Source: Callorhinchus milii
Lineage: Eukaryota
Length of the DNA: 64,000 nucleotides
Direction of reading: 5' to 3'
NCBI RefSeq assembly: GCF_018977255.1
Contig: NW_024704743.1
Span: 59,088,001 to 59,152,000 of the forward strand
Shown: piece after piece, positions 1-14,700 of the stretch
Layout: each line of letters opens with the position of its first letter
Numbering within the stretch: position 1 is the first letter of the stretch
Translations under genes and position numbers: made by a program
Notes under the pieces: model-generated
What the model was told of the DNA's origin: nothing
What the model saw: only the letters and a program-made list of their open reading frames with translations
Databases searched by the model: none

Positions 1-69
1 GAAGGGAGTGACTGCTTTGGTAGGATTGAAGGAGGGCACAGAGTTAGTGGAGCAAAACGCATGGGAGGG

Positions 70-218
70 ATTTATGGGACGTTGCTATGCGCAAACTGGC
101 TGCCTCATTCACGTAACAAATACACAATTATTACACTTCAGAGTAAATCCTGTGAAGCTTTTTGTAATGTCCTCCTGACGTGAAAGGCAGTACATCAAAT
201 GCAAGGATTATTATTATT
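70..218 (+). mobile_element. SINE 3' fragment (older)
   Basis: GCGCAAACTGGCTGCC...AAATGCAAGGATTATTATT. Confidence 0.75.
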
Positions 219-1743
219 AAATCCTCTGTGTAGTCAGGGATGTTACGTACTCGTGACCAAATTCTTAAGATTTCCTGTTTTTATTTCTTTCTTCTATTGT
301 TCTTTAGATTTTCCTGCAACATTCCCCAGTTACGTGGACAGTGATATGATCTCTCCCTGTCCTCTCTTATCTCATCCAGTAACCAGCTGCTGGTGCTTAT
401 TAACAGTCTCTGATTCCACTTGCAGTAGTAATACTTGTGCATACACTGCAGCAGAAGTGGAACTGCATTTAGAAATGCAGGTGCAAAACACTAACTCATC
501 TTCAAAGCCAAGTGCAATCCTGTTTTTTTTAAGTATGTTTGCTGCTGATGTTATATTGTGGCAAATACTCAATACAGTACAAGTATAATTCATCTGCACT
601 AGGATGTGGTTTCTGCCTCAAGTCACTGATCTCCCACCAATGTGTCAGGTTGTTTTTTGTGTTCATGAAAGTTGAGTGAAAAAGACAAACACACTGTCAC
701 AAACCATTTTGCAGGGCCACGAAGTTTCAGTCATTTTTGGGGGGTTATGCGGAAACCATGCTTAAAAATATCCAATCCAAACTGACAGTTCTACACATGC
801 AGGTGCCTATGCACTGACATTTCCTTTTATCTGGAATGGACAGATACTCTTTCCTCTGCTTACCTGATTTCAGAAGACTTGGAGGACCCCAGATTGTGAT
901 GGGGTACTGCTGGGTTTTAACCAGCTGGGTTTAATACTACGTAGCTTGTCACTGCAATGCAAACATTATCCTTTTGCTAATCCAGCTTGGACCACATTAC
1001 TCATTAGGGCTTTGGTTTGCAGGGTTAACAGGCTTGAGAGGAGAATCCCTGCCCCTCCAGGCTAGCTGGATCATCTATAATTAACAGCACTTTGCAGTAC
1101 TATAGATCTGTCTTGGTTAGGAAGCAGACTACCAAGGCGACAACGGTGGATGGACTAGATTCTGATATTCCATGGTCAGTCACATCACCTTGAAGCCAGC
1201 TCAGCTGCCAAGAGACATTCATTTATACTGTGGAAATTTTGTATAAAAATCCTTAAACATCTCATAACAAAACTGTGAACACAGTTTTAAAATGAGGGAA
1301 AATTGTTTTCAACCATTTATACCCTTGAACTGAAAGACTAAAAAGAATTGATTGAAAGACAGTCATTACCTAAGAAATTGTTTTTCTCTAGTGTCTGCTA
1401 CGGATGTCAGTTGGCAGTAGTACTCAATGAAACATCAGCAGACAAAAGATTAGGGTCAATTGGTATCACACAGCACATACTATTTCCCATGTAAAAACTG
1501 TGGAAATATTTCCCATTGTTAACGTAAATCACTGTAAATTAAAGTATGTAAAATAACAGCTACAATGTGAGCTTTAAAGTGAATCATTAATTCTCAAGTT
1601 ACAGAAAAGACTCGATGTGCAACGATCACCCAAAGCATCATAGCAATAGTTTACTTCCAACCCATAAAATGCAGCCAATATGTATTCATTGCCACTGATG
1701 CAGTAAAATGGATACTCTGACTATAAGGAATAATTCAATAAAC

Positions 1744-1749
1744 TTTATT
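1744..1749 (-). terminator. Candidate polyadenylation signal (AATAAA) for UMAD1; alternative at 2073-2078
   Basis: TTTATT on plus strand about 900 nt past the stop codon, after an AT-rich putative 3'UTR. Confidence 0.4.
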
Positions 1750-2647
1750 TAGGCATCAAATCTCAATTCAGCAACTTAGATAAATTGCAATGCAATACAA
1801 TTACAAATTAAAGTATTATCCCATTCTCTAGTACTAATAAAACATTCTTTCAAAATTCAAAACTATATCAATAAGTCAGAAAAATAATCATCACCATTAT
1901 AAATAGGCAATTAGGTAGATCCTGCAGTCAATGAAGAACATATTATATTAACTGACTGAATTATTTAAATTGGAGATAGAGAATACGACCACATTACCTA
2001 TTAGTGCTTTGGGTCGCCAACAAGCATATATGGACATATTTAATAGAACATGTGTATAGTAGAATATATCATTTTATTTCCATCGCACATAAAGGCCACA
2101 TATTTTTCCGTACATTTAAGACAACATTAATTATAGAAGNAAAAAAACTAACCAATATCCCCACGAATTGTTTAGATGCTGAATGTATACTAGACTTTTT
2201 TTTGATATTGATATTTTATATCAATTGACTTGCTTAAAAGATGAAAATAATTCTCTCTCATTCTTCTTCAGCCAAGCTGAGTTGCAGAACTCCCCATGAC
2301 CTCTGATCAATTCTATTCTGTCTATGATCATCCAGCTGGAGGCTCAATGTGGATGGTGATGAACTGAATGTTAATTTCCCCCTCCTATCACACTGTACCT
2401 CAAGAAGAATACAGCTTTCCTATAGTAGCCAAACTGATCATTCCTTTCAATGAGGTAACAGTTTTTACTCAAACAAGCACTCACAATCTTTTGTTTGTGA
2501 GGGTTGACTGGTGCCCAGTGAAGTTACTGATCAATAACATCAAAGAAAATCAATTTGCATCAGAAAATAGAACAAAAATACTGCCAAATTTTGCTGAAAT
2601 ATATAGAATGCTGTAAACAAGATTTATATTGCAAAATAGAACATTAA

Positions 2648-2962
<315 letters not shown>

Positions 2963-4171
2963 CTATACAAAGATCAAATTGGCCATATAGTAAGATTAGT
3001 TTTCCAGTATTGACCCAGTCCACTTATTCAACAAATATAACCTTAAATCTTGCAGCTTCAACATTTTTCTGCAGTTGTGCATGTACTGCATCTCCACCGA
3101 TTGCACTAGTTATATAAAGAGTCTAAGAATGAAATAGGAAGTAGTTATTCAACAAAGAATTATAGGATAATACTGAGATTGCAACACAAATTTGGGTTTT
3201 CTAAATTGGTTTAAAATCTCTTGTTTATAACTTCATAGTATGATAGTCAGGGCTACAATATGATTTTGAGGTATGAGGTATGTTTTAAAGGTGGGTTTTG
3301 AAGGCGAAGAGGGAGGAACTTTAGGGTGGAGTTCCAGAGAGCAGGGGCAGAATCACTGAAGACTTACCCACTAATAGTGGGGCAGATGCAACATTCCAAG
3401 ATGCTACCGTGCGTGAAGGGCACTGTAATAATGCAAGTAGTTATTGAGATAGTATGTAATCTGAAGGACCATCTCTTCACTATTGCCAAAAATCCTATAT
3501 ATATATATATATATAGCCACTTTCACAAGTCTCAAAGTGCTTTACACAGCTGGCTGGGCACCTGAGTGAGAGGGATTGGACAGAAAGATGACTGAAAACG
3601 TGGTTAACATGGTGGACTTTGAAAGTGGGAAATAGGGACTCAGGGATGGAATCAGCCACCTTCCTAAAGGCAGAGGTGAGCTGGAGTGAGGTTTAGCCAG
3701 AAATCAATCAGGAAGAAACATTTGCTAAGTACAGTAGATTGGTGTGTCTACTCTGACTGTAGACAAAAGCATTGTACTGTACTCTTTCACCACCAGACGG
3801 TTTGCATTACTTCCTTTTTAGAACTTATTATCAAAATTCATTATATAACTATATCAAACTATAACTACAAATAATTACTGAGCAAACTGTGAAGAGAATT
3901 ATTTGGCTAAAGAATGTTTGCAACTCTAGAGTCTAGATTATAAAAACATTACTTTTATAATGAGCAACTAGCTTTGGATGGTTTACACACCATGCAATAG
4001 GACTTCACTGTCTCGTTATGTTGATGGCTTATGCCTCCAAACCACAGCCAGAACTTTTCCAAATTAAACTGTTAAATCAGCATGGTTTATTTGTAAACAG
4101 TTTGCTCCAGGTGTTTTTCTCTTATTCAAATGTGTTTGTGATAAAATCTGGGTTAACTGATATATATATTT

Positions 4172-4285
4172 TGCTCACAAAATATACAGTCAATTCACTT
4201 CACAGTAAATCCTGTGAAGCACTTTGAGATGTCTCGAAGACATGATAAGACGCTATATCAAACTTAAGGATTATTATTATATATT
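4172..4285 (+). mobile_element. SINE 3' fragment
   Basis: CACAAAATATACAGTCAATTCACTT...GGATTATTATT. Confidence 0.8.
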
Positions 4286-6947
4286 ATACTTATTCCACCT
4301 CTTCTTTGGACTGTTTAAATGAGCACGCTATTCACTACAGACTTTCACTAAACCACACTGGCAAAAACTGGAGGTTAATTTTTTTTCAAAATGTTGTGTA
4401 AATAACAAACACCCTGGGGTAATGGTTCACACAGAATAAGCCACTCACATTGCAGAGATTATAACTCTGTTACTTGTGAGTTAATTATAACAGTTGCTGT
4501 TTATTTTATACAAACAAACTCCACAAACAGATTTGTATCATCTAGTCCTGAAGTATAATTAACTACCATAAAAGATTAGCAAAACGGAAATTATCACTTG
4601 ATTTGCATTAGCCATTTTCTATGTAATCCATTCAAAATAGCACAAACATCATCAGAATGCTGTTAAAATGTAAAGCAGAATGAAAAGCTCTATTTGAGAT
4701 CAAAGCCAGCATGATTCATTCAATTGAATGGTAACATGATTTTCAGTTTATCTGAATAGTCTCATCGTATAATTTTCTCAAATGTTTTAGAGTTTTAATA
4801 TCAGGAACAGTGAGGTCAGAAAATAAAATATAAATAGTCCTTTTAAAATTTTAAATATGAACCCAGGCTATGATTAATCAGGAACCAATATTAATATACT
4901 TCTAAACATCCTTGCTGTCAATTGTATTTTGCTATTTTTGTAAACTGTGTGGAAAGGTCTTGAACACTTGACCCAAATTAGAATGTTTAACACATCAATA
5001 CATTCATACTAATGAATTTATATCCGATATACCAGAAACATTATACACCACCAACTTAGTATTCACTAGTCACTGCTACCAATTAATTTCACAATGGCCT
5101 TTGTAAAACAAACCACACAATTTTATTGTCTGTGCATTGTGAATGGAGCAAGATTTGGGGATATTTATTGATCTATTATTTGCCAAGCCTTTCTTTATAT
5201 AGTATTGACTGAAGAGGGAACAAGAAGAGCAAACAAGTCTTTTCCTTTTCCCACTGTGATCTTTGAAAGATAGAGTCTTCATTTGGTAAAGCTTTGTTTG
5301 GAGAGAGAGGAAGAGAGCTTTGTGCGGTGACTCTGATGTGCTTTGACCAGATTCCCATCCTCATTCTGAGCTTACAAAGCAAATTAGTTTTTCCATGAAC
5401 AATGCTGTTTAAAACAGCTTCTTCTAGAATGTCATTGTTAGTAGGGCAGAATACACATATATAGTTTAGTATAATGTAAAATTGTAATTTGAAAGACAAG
5501 TATATTTATAAAAAAATAATTATTTTGCAAAGTAGAGAATAGAGTATTTCTTTTTAAACACTTTCACACCATTAATTTTGTCTACCTTCTTGATTTTAGA
5601 AACAATTGTTTTCTCCCCTCCCTCACTTTCTCAATACAGAAGGACTGCCACATTTTTCAGATACCCTTGAGCAGGGCATCAAGTCTGGTCACAGAACCCT
5701 TAGGCACTGTGCCAGGAATGGCATCCACAAATCTGCTCGTTCACTTTGTACCTAAATTACTGATTGGCCACAAAGACATATAGATTATCAAAACTGAGCT
5801 CTACAATTCAATACTCACAACTGTTAAAAGAAACAATTCTTGGTGATAACTACAGTAATATATCCTGAAACCTTGAACATGAAACATTTATGTCAATGTA
5901 ACAAAGAACAAGGTAAAGAGATCAGATTTACCCCTGAATAAAACAGACGTTTTCATTCATCCAACCTTTGCTCTGTCTGTGATGTGCACTGATCAATTTT
6001 ACCATCAAAAGTCTTGTATTCATACTATGGTAGAATAAATCATGTAGTTCAAGGCTTGAATATCAAGCACCAAACATTAATACCTCCCTGTCACCACTAA
6101 TTTGACAAGGGCTGAAGATAGCTTGAAGGTCATTCGTGTACAAAAATGTGAAGGCTTGTAGTCGTTACCCACACATGTGCTGTACTGTAGGTGAAGTGAA
6201 AGATTAAATGTGATTAAAGGTTAGTGTTTGCTATCAGACACATATACATTTATAACCACTGATTTATTTTTTAATTTCCAGACAAAGTTCACAAAGGAGT
6301 CCTGTACAATGCGCTACCATAGCCTAGGCCCAACNAAAAAGCACATTCTATACTACAACACAGCTATAATGAATGCGCTTTGCTTTAATCCGGTTAATTG
6401 GTTAAATGGTTATGTGGGTTTGCTTATAGGGACGTGGATCCCAAAAAATACAAAATACAAAAAATACTTACCCCAAAAATACAAAATGTATATGCCGGCT
6501 CCATCTGCACTTCAAAATGCAGCGTGTACAAAGATGTCAGGAGCAACATGATGATTGTGTCGCTCTCTCGCTGACAATTTGAATTGTTATTAGCCCTGTT
6601 GTAGCGGTGGTTAGGATTTTATGAACCTCAACTACTGCTTCAGACTTTAGAATGGCCTTGTTTTAGTTGTTGGATTCTTGATAGATGGGTGATGTCTGAT
6701 TTCCCTTATTTGCCCTAAAACTGCAAATGAATACATAGCCATTTTCCTAGAATAGAATTTTACGAAACAGTAAGAAGCCCAGCATGCCTCGGCCGACTTT
6801 CTAAAAAGATCTATCCATTTAGTCAATGCCAATCCCTCTCTCTTCCCCACAGCCCTTTATGTTATTCTTTTGCGAATATTTATTTAATTTTAAAAGCTAT
6901 TTTGTATTCTACTTCAGTTACCTTTTGGCAGGGCATTCCATGCCCAA

Positions 6948-7150
6948 ATAATAATAATAATCCTTCCATTTGAGACAGCGCCTTATCACGTCATCAAGAC
7001 ATCTCAAAGTGCTTCACAGAATATACTGTAAAGTGAATTGACTGTAAAGTTTTTTTGTAGGTGAAATGGAGCGGCCAATTGCACATGAGTGTCCCAGAAA
7101 CAGTCGTGGATTGAGTGACCCAATTTTTTTTAAAAAAAGGTATTATTACT
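6948..7150 (-). mobile_element. SINE 3' half
   Basis: Tail and body match the family. Confidence 0.8.
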
Positions 7151-7164
7151 AATAAGTGTAGTCT

Positions 7165-7450
7165 GTTTAATGTGCAAACGCAGCAGCCAATTTGTGAACA
7201 GCAATCTTCCACAAACAGCCGCGAAGTGAAGTAATCGAATGACCAGTTTTATCTGGGGGATTATCAGCCAGGACACAGGGGGAAAAAAGTTTGTCTTCGA
7301 AAAGCATTACAGTCTCTTTAACGTCTACCTGAAGAGGGCGCAGATGGGACCTTGGTTTAACTTCTCATCCAAAGGGCGACGTCCCTTACAAAGCAGCACT
7401 CACCCCCAGCTCTGCGATGGAGCAAGCATCACTTTGGATTTTGAGCTGAA
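7165..7450 (-). mobile_element. Old Deu-domain SINE
   Basis: TTTAACGTCTACCTGAAGAGGGCGCAGATGGGACCTTGGTTTAACTTCTCATCCAAAGG. Confidence 0.65.
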
Positions 7451-10400
7451 GTTTTAAGCCTTGATTCTGTTGTGAATGTGTATGAAAACATCACATATGC
7501 ATACATCTTTTCATTGGACATGGTGGACAGGGAATTCAAACATTTGGGAAGCAGACTGAATCCACAACATCAACTTCATTTCCAAAGCAGGCGCCGAGGA
7601 TCTTTAATCAGTATAAAAAAATCTTTAATTAACTTTAATCAATGTAACGCATTCTAATCTTCCCCTATTTTCTGGCAATGAAAATTTGGTAAAAGATATT
7701 TAGGATGGGCTGATGAATATTTATTTCATTAAAATCCTGATAAATAATTTAAAAATTCCTTGGTGTAAATATTTATGGTAGAAGATTATTAAAAGAAATA
7801 AAGGACTTTTTATATAGAATTATATGTAGGATATAAAGGTTTATATCTATGTATCTAAATACACCAGCATTCCTAATTCAGATGACATACAGCTTGGAAC
7901 AGTGGTGTGCAGCCCGGCAAGGTTTGGTGAGAGTCTTGAAGTTAAAATTGTGATGGACATGAAGTTAAAAAAAAATAACTTTTGAACTTTGTTTTAAACA
8001 AAAGATAGATCTTCCTTTATTTTTCATCTCCCAATTCCTTCCCCTGCTTAATTTTTCTACACAAATTCTGTAATTAGGAAGATGAATGCAATATATTTTT
8101 AGATAAATAGCTGCTTGGTTCACAGTTAGTCACTTGAAAACTTAAGTTAAAAAAAATTAATACCATGATTTAGAGCCAAGAATAGCGGAGAGAAACCATG
8201 GAACATGGTAAACAAATCTTTACGTCAGTAGGGAGAAAATGGTTAATAATGTACAATTTTAAGTGAGGAATGTGTACCACAAGTTGTAGCAATTCAAAAT
8301 TCCTCACAAATTAAAAAAAAGAGCTCATGGCTATTAATTTCTTCCTACTTTCTAACACAACTGAACTAGGCTGCAGACCTTGGCACATATCATTAAGGTG
8401 CAATAACATTTTTCAAAAGTGGTAATAAGATTAAAAAGAACAATTTAATTACAAAAGAGTAGACAAAGGTTAACTAAAAAATGATACCCGGGAGCAATGA
8501 AAATTGATCAAGAAATCAAAGCACAGATCATGCAAACTACTGATAAATTCAGAGAGAAAAGAAACACATGTTGAATTATAGATGGTTGCAAATAAGAAAT
8601 AACAAATTTAGTCTAATGGTTCCGATGCATCGGTTTCCTCACCTCAGGGAAATTCTGATCACTATCTCAAACCTGCACTTTGAAAAATATCTTCCAACAA
8701 ACCTCATTCATCCTCTACTTGCTTGGCAACATAAATCAACTGACTGGGGTGGCCTTAGAGAATTGTTTGCTGGCTTTCCCTGCACTAAATGCTGCTTCTA
8801 CTCTTCTGATTTTTCTGTCTGCACCAGTGAAGAAAGCAATGTTATTCTAATTGGCATGAAAGCCTTCATTCCTCATTTTCCCCTAACCGTCAGATCAAGC
8901 AGTTCATCAAGGTTCAGTGCTACCTGCTGTCTTATTAAGAGTACAGCTACCACTACTGGCATCTTAATTGACTTGAAGCATCTTGAGACAACTTAATCTT
9001 TGCTCATAAACTCTAAGTCCACAAATAGAGCTGCTAAATGGAATTCTATTGAAAAAGTCAATAATATTCTTCTCATCCAATATTTTTTTGTTCAACTGCC
9101 TTGTATTATGCAATATGAAACATGTACACTGGAATACTTTGGCAACTCATTGAAGTCCAACTTTTATTTCTTTTTAATAATGTAGTGTGTCCAATTATTT
9201 TTCTAGTTTTCTTCCCCATTGGTATATGCCTCCTCTTGCTGGGGTATGGATCCAGGGGGCATTGGTTGGCCAGTACCCCACCCATGGTCATTATTCATGT
9301 ATGAGCCTTGGCAGTGTTGGTGAAAGTGATGGATACTGGGATCTGCCAAGATCTAATAAACTGGTGTAAATTGGCTCAATGGCCTCCTCCTGTTCATGAT
9401 TTTCTATGTTCCTAATACAACTGACTAATTTTCCAGAGGTCTGTTCTCGTTCTCACTTTGTTCGTTCCTGTCTTCTCCTGCTCCTTTCAGCTCCTCCCTC
9501 AATCTACCTTCTTTCAGATGATTCCACTCTACATTCATCAACGTCCTTCATACCAAATACCATCTTCAATACTCTTGCATTTCAACTCCTGAAACATTAA
9601 CTGTTAGGCCCTTCAATGGGGCAGTAGTAATCTAATTCCTTAATCTACTAAGACAGTTTGTTCCTAGTTCTTCACAAACCTAACCAACATCTACCACCCA
9701 TTACCATTGATGGGACTTGAACTACCTTGAATCGTTGTTGGCTAACAATATCCCAGAAGCTCAAGATGTACAGTGATCGCAAGAGAAGGTTTGGATCAAG
9801 AAAGCCTGTCAGCCCATTTGACTTCAACCTTCCACAAAACTAACCCGACCATCTTCCCAGTAGAGAAATAAACTGGTTTGCTTCGGTCAGTATATCCAAG
9901 CCTTATAGGCAAACTTAAAAAGAGCATCTAGGGTTATCTCAGTGTTATAGAGATAAGCAACAATTATGATTAGATAAATTAGTCATCCTGGTTTCAAAAA
10001 GAGATATCTTAAAATGGACCTCATCGTTCCCCTGTTACCCCCTCATATTAAGGATAGTTACATATGGTCAAACTGAAAATAATTTATACTTCCATTGAAT
10101 AATGTTATTACCTGTTTACATATTGACTGTGGTGGTCTTGGTAATATTCTAGGGGCAATACAAGTACAACCAAAACACCCAACAGGTCAGTGACTAAAGA
10201 GAGATACAAGTATTAATAGAACCAAGACTATAACTCCAAACACAGATAAAAACAGAATCCCATAAATTTGATTTATTTCCTTACCAGAAGTCAGTAATCT
10301 GATAATTAAATATTGTAAGAAGTAGTTATTAAAATAAATGGAAAGTTGTCATTTATGGGCAATAATTTACATCCTGTTAATGATTTTGAAAATAAACTAG

Positions 10401-10549
10401 CCATAAAAAGTATTAATTTACTAACTTTTATCAAGTGATTATTTACTTCTTTGCTAATTTTTCTCCTTCCATCTATTCTGAAAGTGTCTGACTCCTTTTT
10501 CTTTTTACTGGTGTATGGTTTCACCAGCGCTGATTGTCTTCTCCTACCT

Positions 10550-10845
10550 CATCCAAGTCATTATTCATATTGGGGCAGGGGGGGGGGGAAAGCGGTGGAG
10601 AATATGTCCTCATGGAAATCCACTCCATAGCAATTTCCAGTACTGGTCTCTGAATAGCAATCAAGGAACAAAGGAGCAGGAACACTGACAAATGTCCCTC
10701 TTCCTAATTGAATTGTGCTGAGGCCATTATTGAGAACCAGCTGAGATCAGCAATTTCAGCACCTACAACCTTCGCCTTTCTGGTCTGTATGGCTCAGTTT
10801 AGCACTAGGTAGTTCTTTTACCCATTAGGCTATGAGGGAAGCTCA
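10550..10845 (-). repeat. Ancient interspersed repeat, probably SINE-like; related copy near 31220-31450
   Basis: Both loci share GTCATT.TTCA.AT...TGTCCTC...TG.ATAGCAATCA..A...GAA in the same order. Confidence 0.45.
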
Positions 10846-11089
10846 TGTTATCTAACCAGAAGCATGGGTCCCAGCGAAGCTAATAGCCCATCTCATCCCA
10901 TCCCGTGTTTGAAAGTCTGAGATATGCCATTGATTTGAATCATCTAATTCAGAGAAATGTTTTAAGTATGTTATAATTTACATCTTATTCAAGATGATCC
11001 ATTATTGAAAGGAAGATGTGTCGTGAGGAATTTGGAGAATCCTGGGCACGTCTCAACCTAAAGAAGCTGAATAACTCCAAGGAAGTCCA

Positions 11090-11560
11090 ACAATTCAGCT
11101 GAGCCCAGGGCCAGATCAGTACTCCCTGTCAATTGCCAAATTTTGGGAACATTCATCTCTGCATCAGAACCAGCCATTTGGAAGGTCCATATGGTGGGTT
11201 GCTATTGAGGATAGTATATTAACAGAATGCCCTTCATTTCAAAGGTCTCAAGAGTGCTCACAAAGTGCCTTTCATTGGTAGATGAATCTATTCCATGGGA
11301 GCAGAGCATCCATTATGCAGAATCACCAGAAGTCCTGTCAATGTCAGTGAACATCATTCCAACAATTTTAAACAGATGCTTTCCTGATAAATTATGCTAA
11401 AGGTCTGTGGACATTTACTCAGAGACACCTTACGTGGTAGATTGCTTTGTAATGAATAACAGCTTCAGATTATTATAAAAAGGACATCTCAAAGTTGCTG
11501 CACTTCTTGGCCTGAGCAATTTCTCACCCTAAGTTCCAAAGAATCTCTATTTGGGTGGAT
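11090..11560 (+). mobile_element. Possible very old RTE-like LINE remnant
   Basis: Weak broken peptide resemblance (IPWEQ...EVLS, QML, KDI) to the RTE ORF C-terminus. Confidence 0.25.
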
Positions 11561-11574
11561 TTTAGAATGCATCA

Positions 11575-11704
11575 CAACTTGCTACTTGTTTCGCCCACAA
11601 AACAAGTCAACTCACTTTACAGTATATTCTCTGAAGCGCTCCGAGACGTCTCAAAGAATTGGTAAGGCACTATATCAAATGCAAGGTTTATTATTATTAT
11701 TATT
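11575..11704 (+). mobile_element. SINE 3' fragment
   Basis: TTTCGCCCACAA...AAATGCAAGG(TTA)n. Confidence 0.8.
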
Positions 11705-14700
11705 GTTTTTATTGACAAGTTGCTTTTGCTTGATTTGAAGGATGAAATGGAAATATGTTATCATAGTATTGTATTTCCATTTAATCCCAAACCATTTCAC
11801 AACAGGATCCATGCTGCAACCCCACTAATCATGAATAAACATGTAATTTAACAAAGAATTGGCCATTTTTGGCAGGGACTTTGTACATCTTTGTACCTGC
11901 CAGATCAGAAGAAGGCTTTAAAGATGTGTTCTTATATTGTGTATGGAAACAGAGTTAAAACGAATTAATGTGCATGGAGGATTTAAGGTGTTAAATCAAA
12001 TCTATTTCCAATAAGTATTAAAGTATATATAGCAATCAAACTTTGTTTCATTTGTAGGGATCTATAGAAAAGGGGAAAAGTGAAATATTACTGAACAACA
12101 GCAACATTACATTTGTGTAGCGCTTTTCACGTAGCAGATGCAGAGATACTACACAGTCTTCAAAATGACTATAAAGCACCATATTAAACAGTAATGGAAC
12201 AACCAAACATAGAAAATATGAGGAAGCATTTTGAGAATTGTGGTGATAATTCATATGCTCACTGTCTTGCAGCAATGAACAAATTAGTGTAATCTATATT
12301 TTAGATCTGCCTAATTTCTTCAGTTTTACTCAAACATTGTTGTCATGGCCATTCTGCTCAATACACACCAACCAGCATCAAATAGAAAATATAACACAAT
12401 ATAGAAAATAACTACGAATCAAACTCACTTTTTCATAACATACTGTCAGAAGCATTGTGTGTAGAATCATTATACGCTCCATGACACTGTTGTACATTAG
12501 CAAATTTACAGCAAACCCCTTTCAGTGAATAACTGTGATGCTTCACTACCCTTGTCTTCTCAGACTGAAGCCCATTAATTCAGTGTCAGTCGTAATTCAA
12601 GGAGCTGAAATCTAAAGGCAGCAAGGCTCATTACTCTAAAATTCCTTCAATGACAAACATGGGAGTGTGGTCAGCCACTGTCATGGGTAGTGAACGACAG
12701 TTATTAATGAACGCCCATTCAGCTCCTGTTGCTAAAGGCCTTGCCTGATCCTCTCACATCTATTCTGCACTATAAATGTGTGAACCTCCAAGTGTTTGCC
12801 ATTATTTATTAATCTGGTGAGAAGACTTGGTCTAAGGAAACTAACATTTTTAGCTATGCATCAGAGGGGGTTGGGGCGGGGGGGGAGGAAGTGGAAAGGA
12901 TCAAAAAGGTTTCAAAAGGAACTCTGAATGTTTCACACTTGGGAGAAAACAGTAAAATAGGTTTCCACTTTGGCAACAAAGATTTTATTTAAAATTTCAA
13001 TATGTGGTGTTTGTAAACAAATCATATATAAGCAACAAAAAAAACTTGGGGCTAGAAATTCTACACATCATTGTCCTTATTAACTTTAGTGAAGTGCATT
13101 GACATGGGCTGAATGTCCCTATTACTGTTCATTGCTATTTTTAGGGTGTGAAGAATTTCACACATCTGGTATTTGGTAGACATGTTATTTACAATATTTA
13201 AAATAGGCTTACATTTAGGATATAGAATGCAGTTCACCATCTGAATGAGCCTGTAAAAACAATTTAATTAATACAATTTAAATTCCTAAAACACATTGAA
13301 ATACAATTAGTTATTATTTTTTAAATTGGAGATTTGCAGCCTTAACAGTTATATGAGATGTTGGATTCATTTTGTTCTGAAATTGTCACTTTAAACAGAT
13401 GTATGAAATGTTTTTGTGCCAGTTACATTTCTTTGAAAGTGATAAACCCACCTTAAAGAAATAGTTAAGGTCTGACCTCAGCCTTGACATTAGAGCTAAC
13501 TAGATGGCAAGTTAAAAATTACCCTCACCCGAGTTATCAAAAGCAGCACAGAACAGAACCTGCTGCCCAATGGGCTGAAGAAAATGGAGATTTGTCAGGG
13601 TTTGCACCTTTGTGCAACAGAATAAAATCAGCAGAAGTAAGGAGATATTTGTGGTCAGCTGCTTAGATGTTGGAAATGCTGTGGGTAAAAACTGAAATAA
13701 AAAATTATATAAATTTATCAGAGGATAGTGAAATCATCTTTGGGCTCCTACACTGACAACAATAAGGCCTAGATCAAGCCATTTTAAATTCCTCTCCTGA
13801 CAGCCTAACACTTGCTTGATAGGCACTGCTGATATTGTAGGAGTTGACTGGTGAGATTAAAAAAAGATATGCTATTAATCTTTTTTCTAAAAATGTGTTT
13901 ACACAGCTCTACAAGGGTGTCAGCAGCTGTGGGGCTGGAGAGCGGAGGTCAGGCCCTCATTGCATATCAACAGCCAGTGACCTGTGCACTGCTGCATCAA
14001 ACTGCGATTAGGTTACTGATACTTGCAACTTCTGTCTCTTTTCAAATCAAGTTCACTTGAAGGGTTACAGAATACAAAAGATGACATGAATCTTTATTAA
14101 TCTTTGCTCATTACTACACCATCTGTCAAATGTTAAGAGGTTCATAGGGAACAATTTCCTTTAGTGCTAGTAGAGAGGTGGTTACGATGTTGTTTATAGT
14201 TTTAAGACACTTAGAAAAAAAGCCACCCCAATTATAATAATAATTGCAAAACATATGAAGAATTTATGAATTTGTATTTCAGAGGGTCCAAAAAAATCTT
14301 TATGCTTGTTCTAAAGAAATTCCCTCTGAAAGGGTGTATGACAGCTTCTGGGGATTATACTTTATTTCACACTGCTAACCCACATACAACACAGTTCAGT
14401 GCTCATGTTCTTCTGTGACTGAACTATGAAAAGTTGCTAGGCAAAGGAAGAAAGAGGCACAGTATGCGCACAGTTAACTGTGTGGGAGACGAGATATTTT
14501 TAAGCCAAGCCTGAAAACGTATGCCATTTGCAAACGTTTCACATAAAAAATCATTTCATTGTCACATTTGATGGAAGAAATATAAACTTAAAATAAAATG
14601 TTGTTTGTGACTGGAAAGTTGGGGAGGTTGGGAAAATAAACAAAAGATTAAGTTGTAAAATATTTTCTAAACATATAAGGATTGTAACTTCCCTCAACGT

